64,000 nt of DNA from Eledone cirrhosa (taxonomy: Eukaryota). The stretch lies in NCBI GenBank assembly GCA_964016885.1, contig OZ024752.1:23560001-23624000 (forward strand), written 5' to 3'. The notes under the pieces were generated by a model, which saw only the letters and a program-made list of their open reading frames with translations, was not told the origin of the DNA and searched no databases. The position numbers and the translations under genes are program-made. Below, piece after piece: positions 38,381 through 56,072 of the stretch (positions are counted from its first letter, which is position 1; every line of letters begins with the position of its first letter).

Positions 38381-39418
38381 AAGGTGATGCATGACATACC
38401 CTGACGTAGTAGATGGTTAAGATCCAGTCATGGTAGTAAAATTGTATACAATTTTACAATAGATTAGAAACACTCAACAAAAAGGTTTTCGTGGAGTTTT
38501 TTGGATAATATTATATATATTTATATATATATTTAATTATGTACTTATTTTGTTCGTGCCATGTAATTTCACGTAAGTTCTGCTGCTTTGCTTCCGTCCT
38601 GAAAACTCTCCAGTACAGTGTTTAGCTATCTCGTTAGACACTGAGCCGAACGGACGAGCAGAATTGTCGGTGGGGACCGAAATTCTTTAATTCCATTCTG
38701 ACAGCCAATGAAACAGAATTCTTATATCTGTTGCCAATTTGGCAAAATTATCTGTGACGCATGTGCTCCTCCTCACCCCCTCCTCGTTTGTTGAGTTGTT
38801 CACCTCGACCATCTCTACCACGTGACGCTATTGTCTCGTTCTTTCGTCTCGGTGCCACCACACCGTTCAGACGCGCCTCCTATTACTACAAGCCCACATA
38901 TTCTTCTCGGCTTCGTCACTTTATCTTTCGTATTTAACTCCACGGCTGTCCCGGACTATCTTTGTCACACATTGTTCCACTGAAATACTGAACATTTTCA
39001 CGTAAGTCTCCTGCTTCGTTTTCGTCTTGTAAAACATTCCAGGACAGTGTTCAACTAGCATATTAGACACTGGCAATCCGAACAGTAGTACTGTCCAGTT
39101 TCGGAATCTGTTGCCATTATATATATATATATATAACATGAATGGACCTGTTATTTTTCTCTAAAAACATTTTTTCCTATTCCGCCCTGCCCGTCCCTTC
39201 AATCTTTGTAATTTCTCATTCTTTCTTCTGGTGAAGAACTAACGTTTGTTAAGACCCTCTTCCTGCAAATTCAAGTGTTAAACTAAAATATTCCAGTTTG
39301 ACAATCGCCACCGACGAATGCTAGAAAGTTCCTCCGGAAAGTTAGCCAAGAATATTTAAAAACCTCCCAACCAAAGTTAACAAAGAACTTACTAGATCAG
39401 CAAAACCAAATGGTAAAA

Positions 39419-40380
39419 TCATATGTATATATATAAAATTAAGTATGTGTGTGTGTGTCTGTGCGTCTGTGTATTACCTATAGGGGCCTACATCTGACGA
39501 CCGATTTTCATGAAACTTTACAGGCTCATAGATTAGTCATCGGGGAGTGTTTTCTATATATCAGCGTATCGTTTTTTTTATTCCGGGGTCATTCTGCAGA
39601 TAAAAATCGATAGTGGGGGGGCGGGGGTCACCTTTTTTTAGGTATCGAAAAATAAGATTTTTGGCTCTAGCTCCCACATTTTGCCACCGATTTCATTCAA
39701 ATTTTAAAGCAAAATAGAATTTATCATTGCACATGTAATTGCTTTATATTTAGCATTTGTTGTTCAGGGACGGCGTGGCAGCCACTTAAATATTCAAAAA
39801 TACCACTTTTAGACGCAAATTTCCACTTTTTCGGCTCTAGCTCCCACATTAATCAACCTACTTTGTTCAAATTTTACACTACGCTAGATCTGATTATTTC
39901 ACGTTTAAAATGGCTTTACATTTTGGATTTTTTGTTCAGGAACGGCGTGGCAGCCGCTTAAATATTCGAAAATATCACATTTCGCTCAAAATTCCGCATT
40001 TTCGGCTCTAGCGCCCACATTTTTCAACCGATTTCGTTTAAATTCGAAACTTCGGCTCCAGCTCACATAAATCAATTTATTTGGTTCAACTTTTATACTA
40101 CGATAGAACCTATCATTGCACATCTTATAGATGGTCAAAGGCGAGACGATAGCCACTGACGTCGTCTGAGCTTTTAGTTGTGTATTTGAGAATTCATCGG
40201 TTTTCAATCAAGTAGCGTGAGGAAATTTGGCTTAGTGTTAGCGGTCATTACCTCCCTCCCCCAACATGGCCTGTGTATGGCCATAGATGAGTCATCGAGA
40301 AGCAGTCGCTAAGATCAACATCTTTTCATCAAAGCAGATAATATTTTACCTACACAGGCAACGCTGGGTACTGCTGCTAG
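39419..40380 (+). mobile_element. Non-autonomous Helitron-like element with internal subrepeats
   Basis: 5' TC followed by AT-rich and (GT)n; repeated GGCTCTAGCTCCCACAT...CCGATTTC blocks; 3' hairpin CAGGCAACGCTGGG and terminal CTAG|T. Confidence 0.6.
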
Positions 40381-40563
40381 TAATATTATAAAATTAAATC
40401 AAATTGTTTAGAAATACAGGTGGAGTCATTCTTTACCCTTTTTGTAAACATACTTAACTGTACCAAGGATTTCACACATTTTCCCATATCTATAACATTT
40501 AATATAGAAATGGCTTCTACAGAACTAGAACAGTTTCATTGGAAGGAAATCATTCCCGATGAT

Positions 40564-43901
<3,338 letters not shown>

Positions 43902-45942
43902 ATTACTCTTTTACTCTTTTACCTGTTTCAGCCATCCGGCTGAGGCCATGCTGGGGCACCGCCCTTGTTGCTACACATTTTATCTCCAGCCTGTATAGGT
44001 TGGCCACTGGTGTAGGAGGGAGTTTGTTGCTGCTGCCCTTAGGTTTCCCTCGTGTCTTGCTGTGGGCTCATCCGGGATCCTGGATAACAAGGTGTCGAGA
44101 TGTTTCTTAAAGACATCCACCTCCACGTCATGCAAGTCCCGCAGATGCCTCGGCAGCCTGTTGAAGAGTTGGGGGCCCTTGAATCCCAGGCTATTGCAAT
44201 ACCTGCTCCTTATTCTAGATGTGGAAGACGGGACCTTTGGCACCACACAGTGACGTCCTGTTCGACGGTTGGTCCAGCTCCAATGCCAAAGTTTGGTGCT
44301 AGTCCCTCCAGGATTTTCCACATGTAGATCACTGCGTATCTCTCCCGTCTTCGCTCCAAGGAGTAGAGGTTCAGTTCCTTCAGCCTCTCCCAGTAGCTTG
44401 TCTCCCTCATCTTGGCAATCCTCTTGGTGTAGCTTCGCTGGATTGCCTCAAGCTCTGTGGTTAGTTTGACACTATGGGGTGACCACAGCTGGGAGCAGTA
44501 GTCCAGGCGGCTTAGGACAAAAGTCCTCCACAGTGTCAACATGGTGTCTCGATCTCTTGTAAGGAAAGTCCTCAAGATCCAGCCAGCGAATCGTCTACAT
44601 GCTGTCGCCACCTTCATGATGTGTGAAGAAAAAGATGCATCATCGCTCATGTCTATGCCCAGGTCTCGTATCGATTTTGACACGGGGATATCGGTCCCTC
44701 CTGGTCCTGTGTAGCTGTGTTCCGCTATATTTGTGTTTGTGTTTGCAGGTTTGTATTGTAGGGCTTGGAATTTGCCAGCATTAAACTGCATGTTGTTTTC
44801 TTCCGCCCATCTGTATATGGCATCCAGATCCTGCTGTAAGAGGGCAGCGTCAGCCGGGTTTTTAATTGCCTGTGCTACCTTAGTGTCATCAGCATAGCTA
44901 GTGAGGGATGTTGTTGCATGCACCACAGAGGGCATGTCCGAGAGAGCCACCAAAAACAGTAGTGGTCCCAGGACTGTCCCCTGAGGCACCCCACTTGTTA
45001 TCGGTGTTTCCCTCGAGAGGGCCCCATTTGCTGCGACTGCCTGGCTTCTGTCCCTCAGGAAGCCATGCAGCCACTCACCTACTTTTCCAGTTATGCCGAG
45101 TCCGTGCAGTTTGTGACATATCATTCCGTGGTCGACCTTGTCAAAGGCCTTCGCAAAGTCAAGATATATCACGTCTACATGTGAGCTGTCTAGTAGCTGT
45201 CTCAGTACCCAGTCGTAGTGATGTAGCAGCTGTGTAAGGCAGCTTCTTCCTGGGCGGAAGCCATGTTGCGTGCTAGTCAGGCGGTCATTTTCTTCGAGGA
45301 AAGTGATTAGTTTCTTTCTGACGACTCGCTCCATGACCTTACTGATATGCGACGTCAGGGAGACTGGCCTATAGTTCTTGGCCTCCGCTCTACTACCTCC
45401 TTTATGGATAGGGCATATTGTGCCTTCTTTCAGCTCCCTGGGTAGTACACCGCTAGCCAAGGAGCTTCTGAAGAGCATCTTCAGTGGAGTTGCTAAGGCC
45501 CGCTTACATATTTTTAGGAGAACTGCTGGGAATCCATCAGGTCCAGCAGCCGAGTCCGTTCTAATTTCATCAATGGCGTACACCACATCCTCCTCCGTTA
45601 TGTCTATGTGGTTGATGGTTGCCATTTCGTGATGTAGTGTTGTGGCATCAAAGAACTCCTCTGGCTTCGTTATTTGCATGTGCCTCAGTGGACATGTGAA
45701 GACACTTTTGTACTGTTCGTTCAGTATTTCACATATCTTTTGGGGATTTTCGGTTAATGAACCGTCCATGTGGAAGAGTGGTCCAATCTTGCAGTGTACT
45801 GAGGCAGTTTCTTTTGCAAATTTAAAGAAGGCCTTAGGGTTTGTTTTAATGTTTTCTATGGCCCTGTTCTCTTTCCTTGCCCTCTCATTCTCATGTGAAA
45901 GCTTGAGTGCAATCTCGGTGTCAAGTAGTGCACGTTTCAAAT
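43902..45942 (-). mobile_element. CR1/L2-like LINE, 5'-truncated; RT reading frame open for 576 aa; same family as 9260-11729
   Basis: [58 protein letters not shown]; tail AAAGAGTAAAAGAGTAA. Confidence 0.95.
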
Positions 45943-46163
45943 AGGTATATATATGTATATATATGTATCTGTATATGTATATATGTATATATATGTATCT
46001 GTATATGTATATATGTATATATATGTATCTGTATATGTATGTATGTATATATATGTATATATCTGTATGTATGTATATATATGTATATATATGTATGTAT
46101 ATATATGTATATATCTGTATGTATGTATATATATGTATATATATATATGTATGTATATATATT

Positions 46164-46201
<38 letters not shown>

Positions 46202-46599
46202 TGTATATATATGTATATATAGGTATATATATATATGTATATATATGTATATATATGTATATATATATATGTATATATATGTATATATATATATGTATAT
46301 ATATATATGTATATATATGTATATATATGTATATATATATATGTATATATATGTATGTATATATATGTATATATATATATGTATATATATGTATATATAT
46401 ATATGTATATATATGTATATATAAATATATATATGTATATATATATATGTATATGTATATATATATATATGTGTATATGTATATATATATATATGTATAT
46501 ATATATATGTATATATATATATGTATATATATATATGTATATATATATGTATATATATATATGTATATATATGTATATATATATATGTATATATATATG

Positions 46600-46636
<37 letters not shown>

Positions 46637-46683
46637 GTATATATATATATGTATATATCTATATATGTATATATATATATATG

Positions 46684-46764
<81 letters not shown>

Positions 46765-47727
46765 GTATATATATATATGTATATATATATATGTATATAT
46801 ATATATATGTATATATATATATGTATATATATATATGTATATGTATATATATATATGTATATATATATATGTATATATATATATGTATATATATATATGT
46901 ATATATATATATGTATATATATATATGTATATATATATATGTATATATATATGTATATATATATGTATATATATATATGTATATATATATGTATATATAT
47001 ATATGTATATATATATGTATATATATATGTATATATATATATGTATATATATATGTATATATATATATGTATATATATATGTATATATATATATGTATAT
47101 ATATATGTATATATATATATCTATATATATATATGTATATATATATATGTATATATATATATGTATATATATATGTATATATATATGTATATATATATGT
47201 ATATATATATATGTATATATATATGTATATATATATATGTATATATAAATATGTATATATATATATGTATATATAAATATGTATATATATATATGTATAT
47301 ATATATGTGTATATATATATGTGTATATATATATGTATATATATATATGTATATATATATATGTATATATATATATGTATATATATATGTGTATATATAT
47401 ATGTGTATATATATATGTATATATATATATGTATGTATATATATGTATATATATATATGTATATATATGTATATATATATATATATGTATATATATGTAT
47501 ATATATATATATATGTATATATATGTATATATATATATATATGTGTATATATGTATATATATATATATGTATATATATATATGTATATATATGTATATAT
47601 ATGTATATATATATATGTATATATATGTATATATATATGTATATATATATGTATATATATATGTATATATATGTATATATATATATGTATATATATATGT
47701 ATATATATATATGTATATATATATATG

Positions 47728-47776
<49 letters not shown>

Positions 47777-47991
47777 GTATATATATATGTATATATATAT
47801 ATGTATATATATATATATGTATATATATGTATATATATATATGTATATATATATGTATATATATGTATATATATGTATATATATATGTATATATATGTAT
47901 ATATATGTATATATATATGTATATATATATGTATATATATATATGTATATATATGTATATATATATGTATATATATATATGTATATATATG

Positions 47992-48022
<31 letters not shown>

Positions 48023-48195
48023 GTATATATATATATGTATATATATGTATATATATATATATGTATATATATATATGTATATATATGTATATATATATAT
48101 ATGTGTATATATATGTATATATATGTATGTATATATATATATGTATATATATATGTATATATATATGTGTATATATATGTATATATATATATTTG

Positions 48196-48226
<31 letters not shown>

Positions 48227-48313
48227 GTATATATATATATGTGTATATATATGTATATATATATATGTATATATATATGTATATATATATATGTATATAT
48301 ATGTATATATATG

Positions 48314-48344
<31 letters not shown>

Positions 48345-48375
48345 GTCTATATATATATATATGTATATATATATG

Positions 48376-48406
<31 letters not shown>

Positions 48407-49459
48407 GTATATATATGTATATATATATATGTATATATATATATGTATATATATGTATATATATATATGTATATATATGTATATATATATATATGTATAT
48501 ATATATGTATATATATGTATATATATATGTATATATATATGTATATATATGTATATATATATGTATATATATATGTATATATATATGTATATATATGTAT
48601 ATATATATGTATATATATATGTATATATATGTATATATATATGTATATATATGTATATATATATATGTATGTATATATATATGTATATATATGTATATAT
48701 ATATATGTATGTATATATGTATATATATTTATATATATATATATGTATATATATGTATATATATATATGTATATATATTTATATATATATATATGTATAT
48801 ATATGTATATATATATATGTATATATATATGTATATATATATGTATATATATATATGTATATATATATATGTATATATATATGTATATATATATGTGTAT
48901 ATATATATGTATATATATATGTGTATATATATATGTATATATATATATGTATATATATGTATATATATATATGTATATATATGTATATATATATATGTAT
49001 ATATATGTATATATATATATATGTATATATATGTATATATATATATGTATATATATATGTATATATATGTATATATATATATGTATATATATATGTATAT
49101 ATATGTATATATATGTATGTATATATATGTATATATATGTATATATATGTATGTATATATATGTATATATATGTAAATATATGTATGTATATATATGTAT
49201 ATATGTATATATATATGTATATATATATATGTATGTATGTATATATATGTATATATATATATGTATATATATGTATATATATATATGTAAATATATGTAT
49301 ATATATATATGTATATATATGTATATATGTATATATATGTATATATATATGTATATATATGTATATATATATATATGTATATATATATGTATATATATAT
49401 ATATGTATATATATATGTATATATATGTATATGTATATATATGTATATGTATATATATG

Positions 49460-49494
<35 letters not shown>

Positions 49495-49547
49495 GTATAT
49501 ATATGTATATATATGTATATGTATATATATGTATATGTATATATATG

Positions 49548-49578
<31 letters not shown>

Positions 49579-49751
49579 GTATATATATGTATATATATGT
49601 ATATGTATATATATGTATATATATGTATATATATATATGTATATATATGTACATATATGTATATATATATATATATATGTATATATATGTATATATATAT
49701 ATATGTATATATATGTATATATATATATATGTATATATATGTATATATATG

Positions 49752-49816
<65 letters not shown>

Positions 49817-50315
49817 GTATATATATGTATATATATGTATGTATATATGTATATATATATGTATATATATGTATATATATGTATATATATGTATATATAT
49901 ATGTATATATATGTATATATATGTATATATATATGTATATATATGTATATATATATATTTATATATATATGTATATATATGTATATATATATATTTATAT
50001 ATATATGTGTATATATATATATTTATATATATATGTATATATATATGTATATATATATATTTATATATATATGTATATATATATGTATATATATATATTT
50101 ATATATATATGTATATATATATATTTATATATATATGTATATATATATATTTATATATATATGTATATATATGTATATATATATATTTATATATATATGT
50201 ATATATATGTATATATATATATGTATATATATGTATATATATATGTATATATATGTATATATATGTATATATATATATGTATATATATATGTATATATAT
50301 ATATGTATATATATG

Positions 50316-50346
<31 letters not shown>

Positions 50347-50559
50347 GTATATATATATATGTATATATATGTATATATATATATATGTATATATATATAT
50401 GTATATATATGTATATATATATATATGTATATATATATATGTATATATATGTATATATATATATATGTGTATATATATGTATATATATGTATGTATATAT
50501 ATATATGTATATATATATGTATATATATATGTGTATATATATGTATATATATATATTTG

Positions 50560-50590
<31 letters not shown>

Positions 50591-50713
50591 GTATATATAT
50601 ATATGTGTATATATATGTGTATATATATGTATATATATATATGTGTATATATATGTATATATATATATGTGTATATATATGTATATATATATATGTGTAT
50701 ATATATGTATATA
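45943..50713. repeat. (TA)n-derived satellite with G-containing variants and internal kb-scale duplication
   Basis: Direct reading; rare-variant pattern at ~48090-48250 recurs at ~50450-50610. Confidence 0.95.
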
Positions 50714-53700
50714 TGAATATAGACATAGAATATTCGAAAATATTCTGTATGTTTATAATAAACATTTTGAAGACCTAATCGCTATAGAATAGAATACGTC
50801 ACGTATTACAATTAGATTCTCGATAATTTCTAATTTCTGCCGGACCGGCAACCGCTCTTTCAAACCAGCTCCTGTACACAGCTAAGTATTCTATAAGTCT
50901 CTAGCTGTGTCATTCTCGATAAAAGCACTGGATATGTAGTCCTGATGATTTCTAACGAGAATGAAACGCGTAGATTACTTCCCTTGCTTTTATCGAGAAT
51001 CTAATTGTAATACGTGACGTATTCTATTCTATAGCGATTAGGTCTTCAAAATGTTTATTATAAACATACAGAATATTTTCGAATATTCTATGTCTATATT
51101 CACATATATATCGCTATTTCAGAGCATTTATTCCAATTTCTAATTTCTGCCGGACCGGCAACCGCTCTTTCAAACCAGCTCCTGTACACAGCTAAGTATT
51201 CTATAAGTCTCTAGCTGTGTCATTCTCGATAAAAGCACTGGATATGTAGTCCTGATGATTTCTAACGAGAATGAAACGCGTAGATTACTTCCCTTGCTTT
51301 TATCGAGAATCTAATTGTAATACGTGACGTATTCTATTCTATAGCGATTAGGTCTTCAAAATGTTTATTATAAACATACAGAATATTTTCGAATATTCTA
51401 TGTCTATATTCACATATATATCGCTATTTCAGAGCATTTATTCCAATTTCTAATTTCTGCCGGACCGGCAACCGCTCTTTCAAACCAGCTCCTGTACACA
51501 GCTAAGTATTCTATAAGTCTCTAGCTGTGTCATTCTCGATAAAAGCACTGGATATGTAGTCCTGATGATTTCTAACGAGAATGAAACGCGTAGATTACTT
51601 CCCTTGCTTTTATCGAGAATCTAATTGTAATACGTGACGTATTCTATTCTATAGCGATTAGGTCTTCAAAATGTTTATTATAAACATACAGAATATTTTC
51701 GAATATTCTATGTCTATATTCACATATATATCGCTATTTCAGAGCATTTATTCCAATTTCTAATTTCTGCCGGACCGGCAACCGCTCTTTCAAACCAGCT
51801 CCTGTACACAGCTAAGTATTCTATAAGTCTCTAGCTGTGTCATTCTCGATAAAAGCACTGGATATGTAGTCCTGATGATTTCTAACGAGAATGAAACGCG
51901 TAGATTACTTCCCTTGCTTTTATCGAGAATCTAATTGTAATACGTGACGTATTCTATTCTATAGCGATTAGGTCTTCAAAATGTTTATTATAAACATACA
52001 GAATATTTTCGAATATTCTATGTCTATATTCACATATATATCGCTATTTCAGAGCATTTATTCCAATTTCTAATTTCTGCCGGACCGGCAACCGCTCTTT
52101 CAAACCAGCTCCTGTACACAGCTAAGTATTCTATAAGTCTCTAGCTGTGTCATTCTCGATAAAAGCACTGGATATGTAGTCCTGATGATTTCTAACGAGA
52201 ATGAAACGCGTAGATTACTTCCCTTGCTTTTATCGAGAATCTAATTGTAATACGTGACGTATTCTATTCTATAGCGATTAGGTCTTCAAAATGTTTATTA
52301 TAAACATACAGAATATTTTCGAATATTCTATGTCTATATTCACATATATATCGCTATTTCAGAGCATTTATTCCAATTTCTAATTTCTGCCGGACCGGCA
52401 ACCGCTCTTTCAAACCAGCTCCTGTACACAGCTAAGTATTCTATAAGTCTCTAGCTGTGTCATTCTCGATAAAAGCACTGGATATGTAGTCCTGATGATT
52501 TCTAACGAGAATGAAACGCGTAGATTACTTCCCTTGCTTTTATCGAGAATCTAATTGTAATACGTGACGTATTCTATTCTATAGCGATTAGGTCTTCAAA
52601 ATGTTTATTATAAACATACAGAATATTTTCGAATATTCTATGTCTATATTCACATATATATCGCTATTTCAGAGCATTTATTCCAATTTCTAATTTCTGC
52701 CGGACCGGCAACCGCTCTTTCAAACCAGCTCCTGTACACAGCTAAGTATTCTATAAGTCTCTAGCTGTGTCATTCTCGATAAAAGCACTGGATATGTAGT
52801 CCTGATGATTTCTAACGAGAATGAAACGCGTAGATTACTTCCCTTGCTTTTATCGAGAATCTAATTGTAATACGTGACGTATTCTATTCTATAGCGATTA
52901 GGTCTTCAAAATGTTTATTATAAACATACAGAATATTTTCGAATATTCTATGTCTATATTCACATATATATCGCTATTTCAGAGCATTTATTCCAATTTC
53001 TAATTTCTGCCGGACCGGCAACCGCTCTTTCAAACCAGCTCCTGTACACAGCTAAGTATTCTATAAGTCTCTAGCTGTGTCATTCTCGATAAAAGCACTG
53101 GATATGTAGTCCTGATGATTTCTAACGAGAATGAAACGCGTAGATTACTTCCCTTGCTTTTATCGAGAATCTAATTGTAATACGTGACGTATTCTATTCT
53201 ATAGCGATTAGGTCTTCAAAATGTTTATTATAAACATACAGAATATTTTCGAATATTCTATGTCTATATTCACATATATATCGCTATTTCAGAGCATTTA
53301 TTCCAATTTCTAATTTCTGCCGGACCGGCAACCGCTCTTTCAAACCAGCTCCTGTACACAGCTAAGTATTCTATAAGTCTCTAGCTGTGTCATTCTCGAT
53401 AAAAGCACTGGATATGTAGTCCTGATGATTTCTAACGAGAATGAAACGCGTAGATTACTTCCCTTGCTTTTATCGAGAATCTAATTGTAATACGTGACGT
53501 ATTCTATTCTATAGCGATTAGGTCTTCAAAATGTTTATTATAAACATACAGAATATTTTCGAATATTCTATGTCTATATTCACATATATATCGCTATTTC
53601 AGAGCATTTATTCCAATTTCTAATTTCTGCCGGACCGGCAACCGCTCTTTCAAACCAGCTCCTGTACACAGCTAAGTATTCTATAAGTCTCTAGCTGTGT

Positions 53701-55788
53701 CATTCTCGATAAAAGCACTGGATATGTAGTCCTGATGATTTCTAACGAGAATGAAACGCGTAGATTACTTCCCTTGCTTTTATCGAGAATCTAATTGTAA
53801 TACGTGACGTATTCTATTCTATAGCGATTAGGTCTTCAAATGTTTATTATAAACATACAGAATATTTTCGAATATTCTATGTCTATATTCACATATATAT
53901 CGCTATTTCAGAGCATTTATTCCAATTTCTAATTTCTGCCGGACCGGCAACCGCTCTTTCAAACCAGCTCCTGTACACAGCTAAGTATTCTATAAGTCTC
54001 TAGCTGTGTCATTCTCGATAAAAGCACTGGATATGTAGTCCTGATGATTTCTAACGAGAATGAAACGCGTAGATTACTTCCCTTGCTTTTATCGAGAATC
54101 TAATTGTAATACGTGACGTATTCTATTCTATAGCGATTAGGTCTTCAAAATGTTTATTATAAACATACAGAATATTTTCGAATATTCTATGTCTATATTC
54201 ACATATATATCGCTATTTCAGAGCATTTATTCCAATTTCTAATTTCTGCCGGACCGGCAACCGCTCTTTCAAACCAGCTCCTGTACACAGCTAAGTATTC
54301 TATAAGTCTCTAGCTGTGTCATTCTCGATAAAAGCACTGGATATGTAGTCCTGATGATTTCTAACGAGAATGAAACGCGTAGATTACTTCCTTGCTTTTA
54401 TCGAGAATCTAATTGTAATACGTGACGTATTCTATTCTATAGCGATTAGGTCTTCAAAATGTTTATTATAAACATACAGAATATTTTCGAATATTCTATG
54501 TCTATATTCACATATATATCGCTATTTCAGAGCATTTATTCCAATTTCTAATTTCTGCCGGACCGGCAACCGCTCTTTCAAACCAGCTCCTGTACACAGC
54601 TAAGTATTCTATAAGTCTCTAGCTGTGTCATTCTCGATAAAAGCACTGGATATGTAGTCCTGATGATTTCTAACGAGAATGAAACGCGTAGATTACTTCC
54701 CTTGCTTTTATCGAGAATCTAATTGTAATACGTGACGTATTCTATTCTATAGCGATTAGGTCTTCAAAATGTTTATTATAAACATACAGAATATTTTCGA
54801 ATATTCTATGTCTATATTCACATATATATCGCTATTTCAGAGCATTTATTCCAATTTCTAATTTCTGCCGGACCGGCAACCGCTCTTTCAAACCAGCTCC
54901 TGTACACAGCTAAGTATTCTATAAGTCTCTAGCTGTGTCATTCTCGATAAAAGCACTGGATATGTAGTCCTGATGATTTCTAACGAGAATGAAACGCGTA
55001 GATTACTTCCCTTGCTTTTATCGAGAATCTAATTGTAATACGTGACGTATTCTATTCTATAGCGATTAGGTCTTCAAAATGTTTATTATAAACATACAGA
55101 ATATTTTCGAATATTCTATGTCTATATTCACATATATATCGCTATTTCAGAGCATTTATTCCAATTTCTAATTTCTGCCGGACCGCAACCGCTCTTTCAA
55201 ACCAGCTCCTGTACACAGCTAAGTATTCTATAAGTCTCTAGCTGTGTCATTCTCGATAAAAGCACTGGATATGTAGTCCTGATGATTTCTAACGAGAATG
55301 AAACGCGTAGATTACTTCCCTTGCTTTTATCGAGAATCTAATTGTAATACGTGACGTATTCTATTCTATAGCGATTAGGTCTTCAAAATGTTTATTATAA
55401 ACATACAGAATATTTTCGAATATTCTATGTCTATATTCACATATATATCGCTATTTCAGAGCATTTATTCCAATTTCTAATTTCTGCCGGACCGGCAACC
55501 GCTCTTTCAAACCAGCTCCTGTACACAGCTAAGTATTCTATAAGTCTCTAGCTGTGTCATTCTCGATAAAAGCACTGGATATGTAGTCCTGATGATTTCT
55601 AACGAGAATGAAACGCGTAGATTACTTCCTTGCTTTTATCGAGAATCTAATTGTAATACGTGACGTATTCTATTCTATAGCGATTAGGTCTTCAAAATGT
55701 TTATTATAAACATACAGAATATTTTCGAATATTCTATGTCTATATTCACATATATATCGCTATTTCAGAGCATTTATTCCAATTTCTA
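50714..55788 (+). mobile_element. Retrozyme-like tandem array: 16 x 310-bp hammerhead-containing monomers with a 113-bp inverted 5' copy
   Basis: Period 310 (TAATTTCTGC at 50831, 51141, ...); 50714-50826 is the reverse complement of part of the monomer; each unit has GTAGTC-CTGATGA-TTTCTAACGAGAAT-GAAA-CGCG-TA-GATTAC. Confidence 0.85.
50912..51000 (+). ncRNA. Minimal type I hammerhead ribozyme (first of 16 copies)
   Basis: Core CTGATGA 50942-50948 and GAAA 50963-50966; stem II TTCT-aacg-AGAA; palindromic stem III ACGCGT; GUA cleavage after 50972; stem I GTAGTC/GATTAC extended by a perfect 16-bp helix 50912-50927/50985-51000. Confidence 0.88.
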
Positions 55789-55872
55789 TATGTATATATA
55801 TATATGTGTATATATATGTATATATATATATGTATATATATATGTATATATATATATGTATATATATGTATA

Positions 55873-55917
<45 letters not shown>

Positions 55918-55948
55918 GTCTATATATATATATATGTATATATATATG

Positions 55949-55979
<31 letters not shown>

Positions 55980-56072
55980 GTATATATATGTATATATATA
56001 TATGTATATATATATATGTATATATATGTATATATATATATGTATATATATGTATATATATATATATGTATA
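55789..56072. repeat. (TA)n-derived satellite
   Basis: Direct reading; resembles ~48226-48500. Confidence 0.9.

Noticed and set aside
50825-55788. CRISPR array or rDNA/snRNA/tRNA tandem gene cluster
   Set aside because: Units are identical with no variable spacers, no cas genes, eukaryotic context, and no recognisable 5S, snRNA or tRNA sequence.
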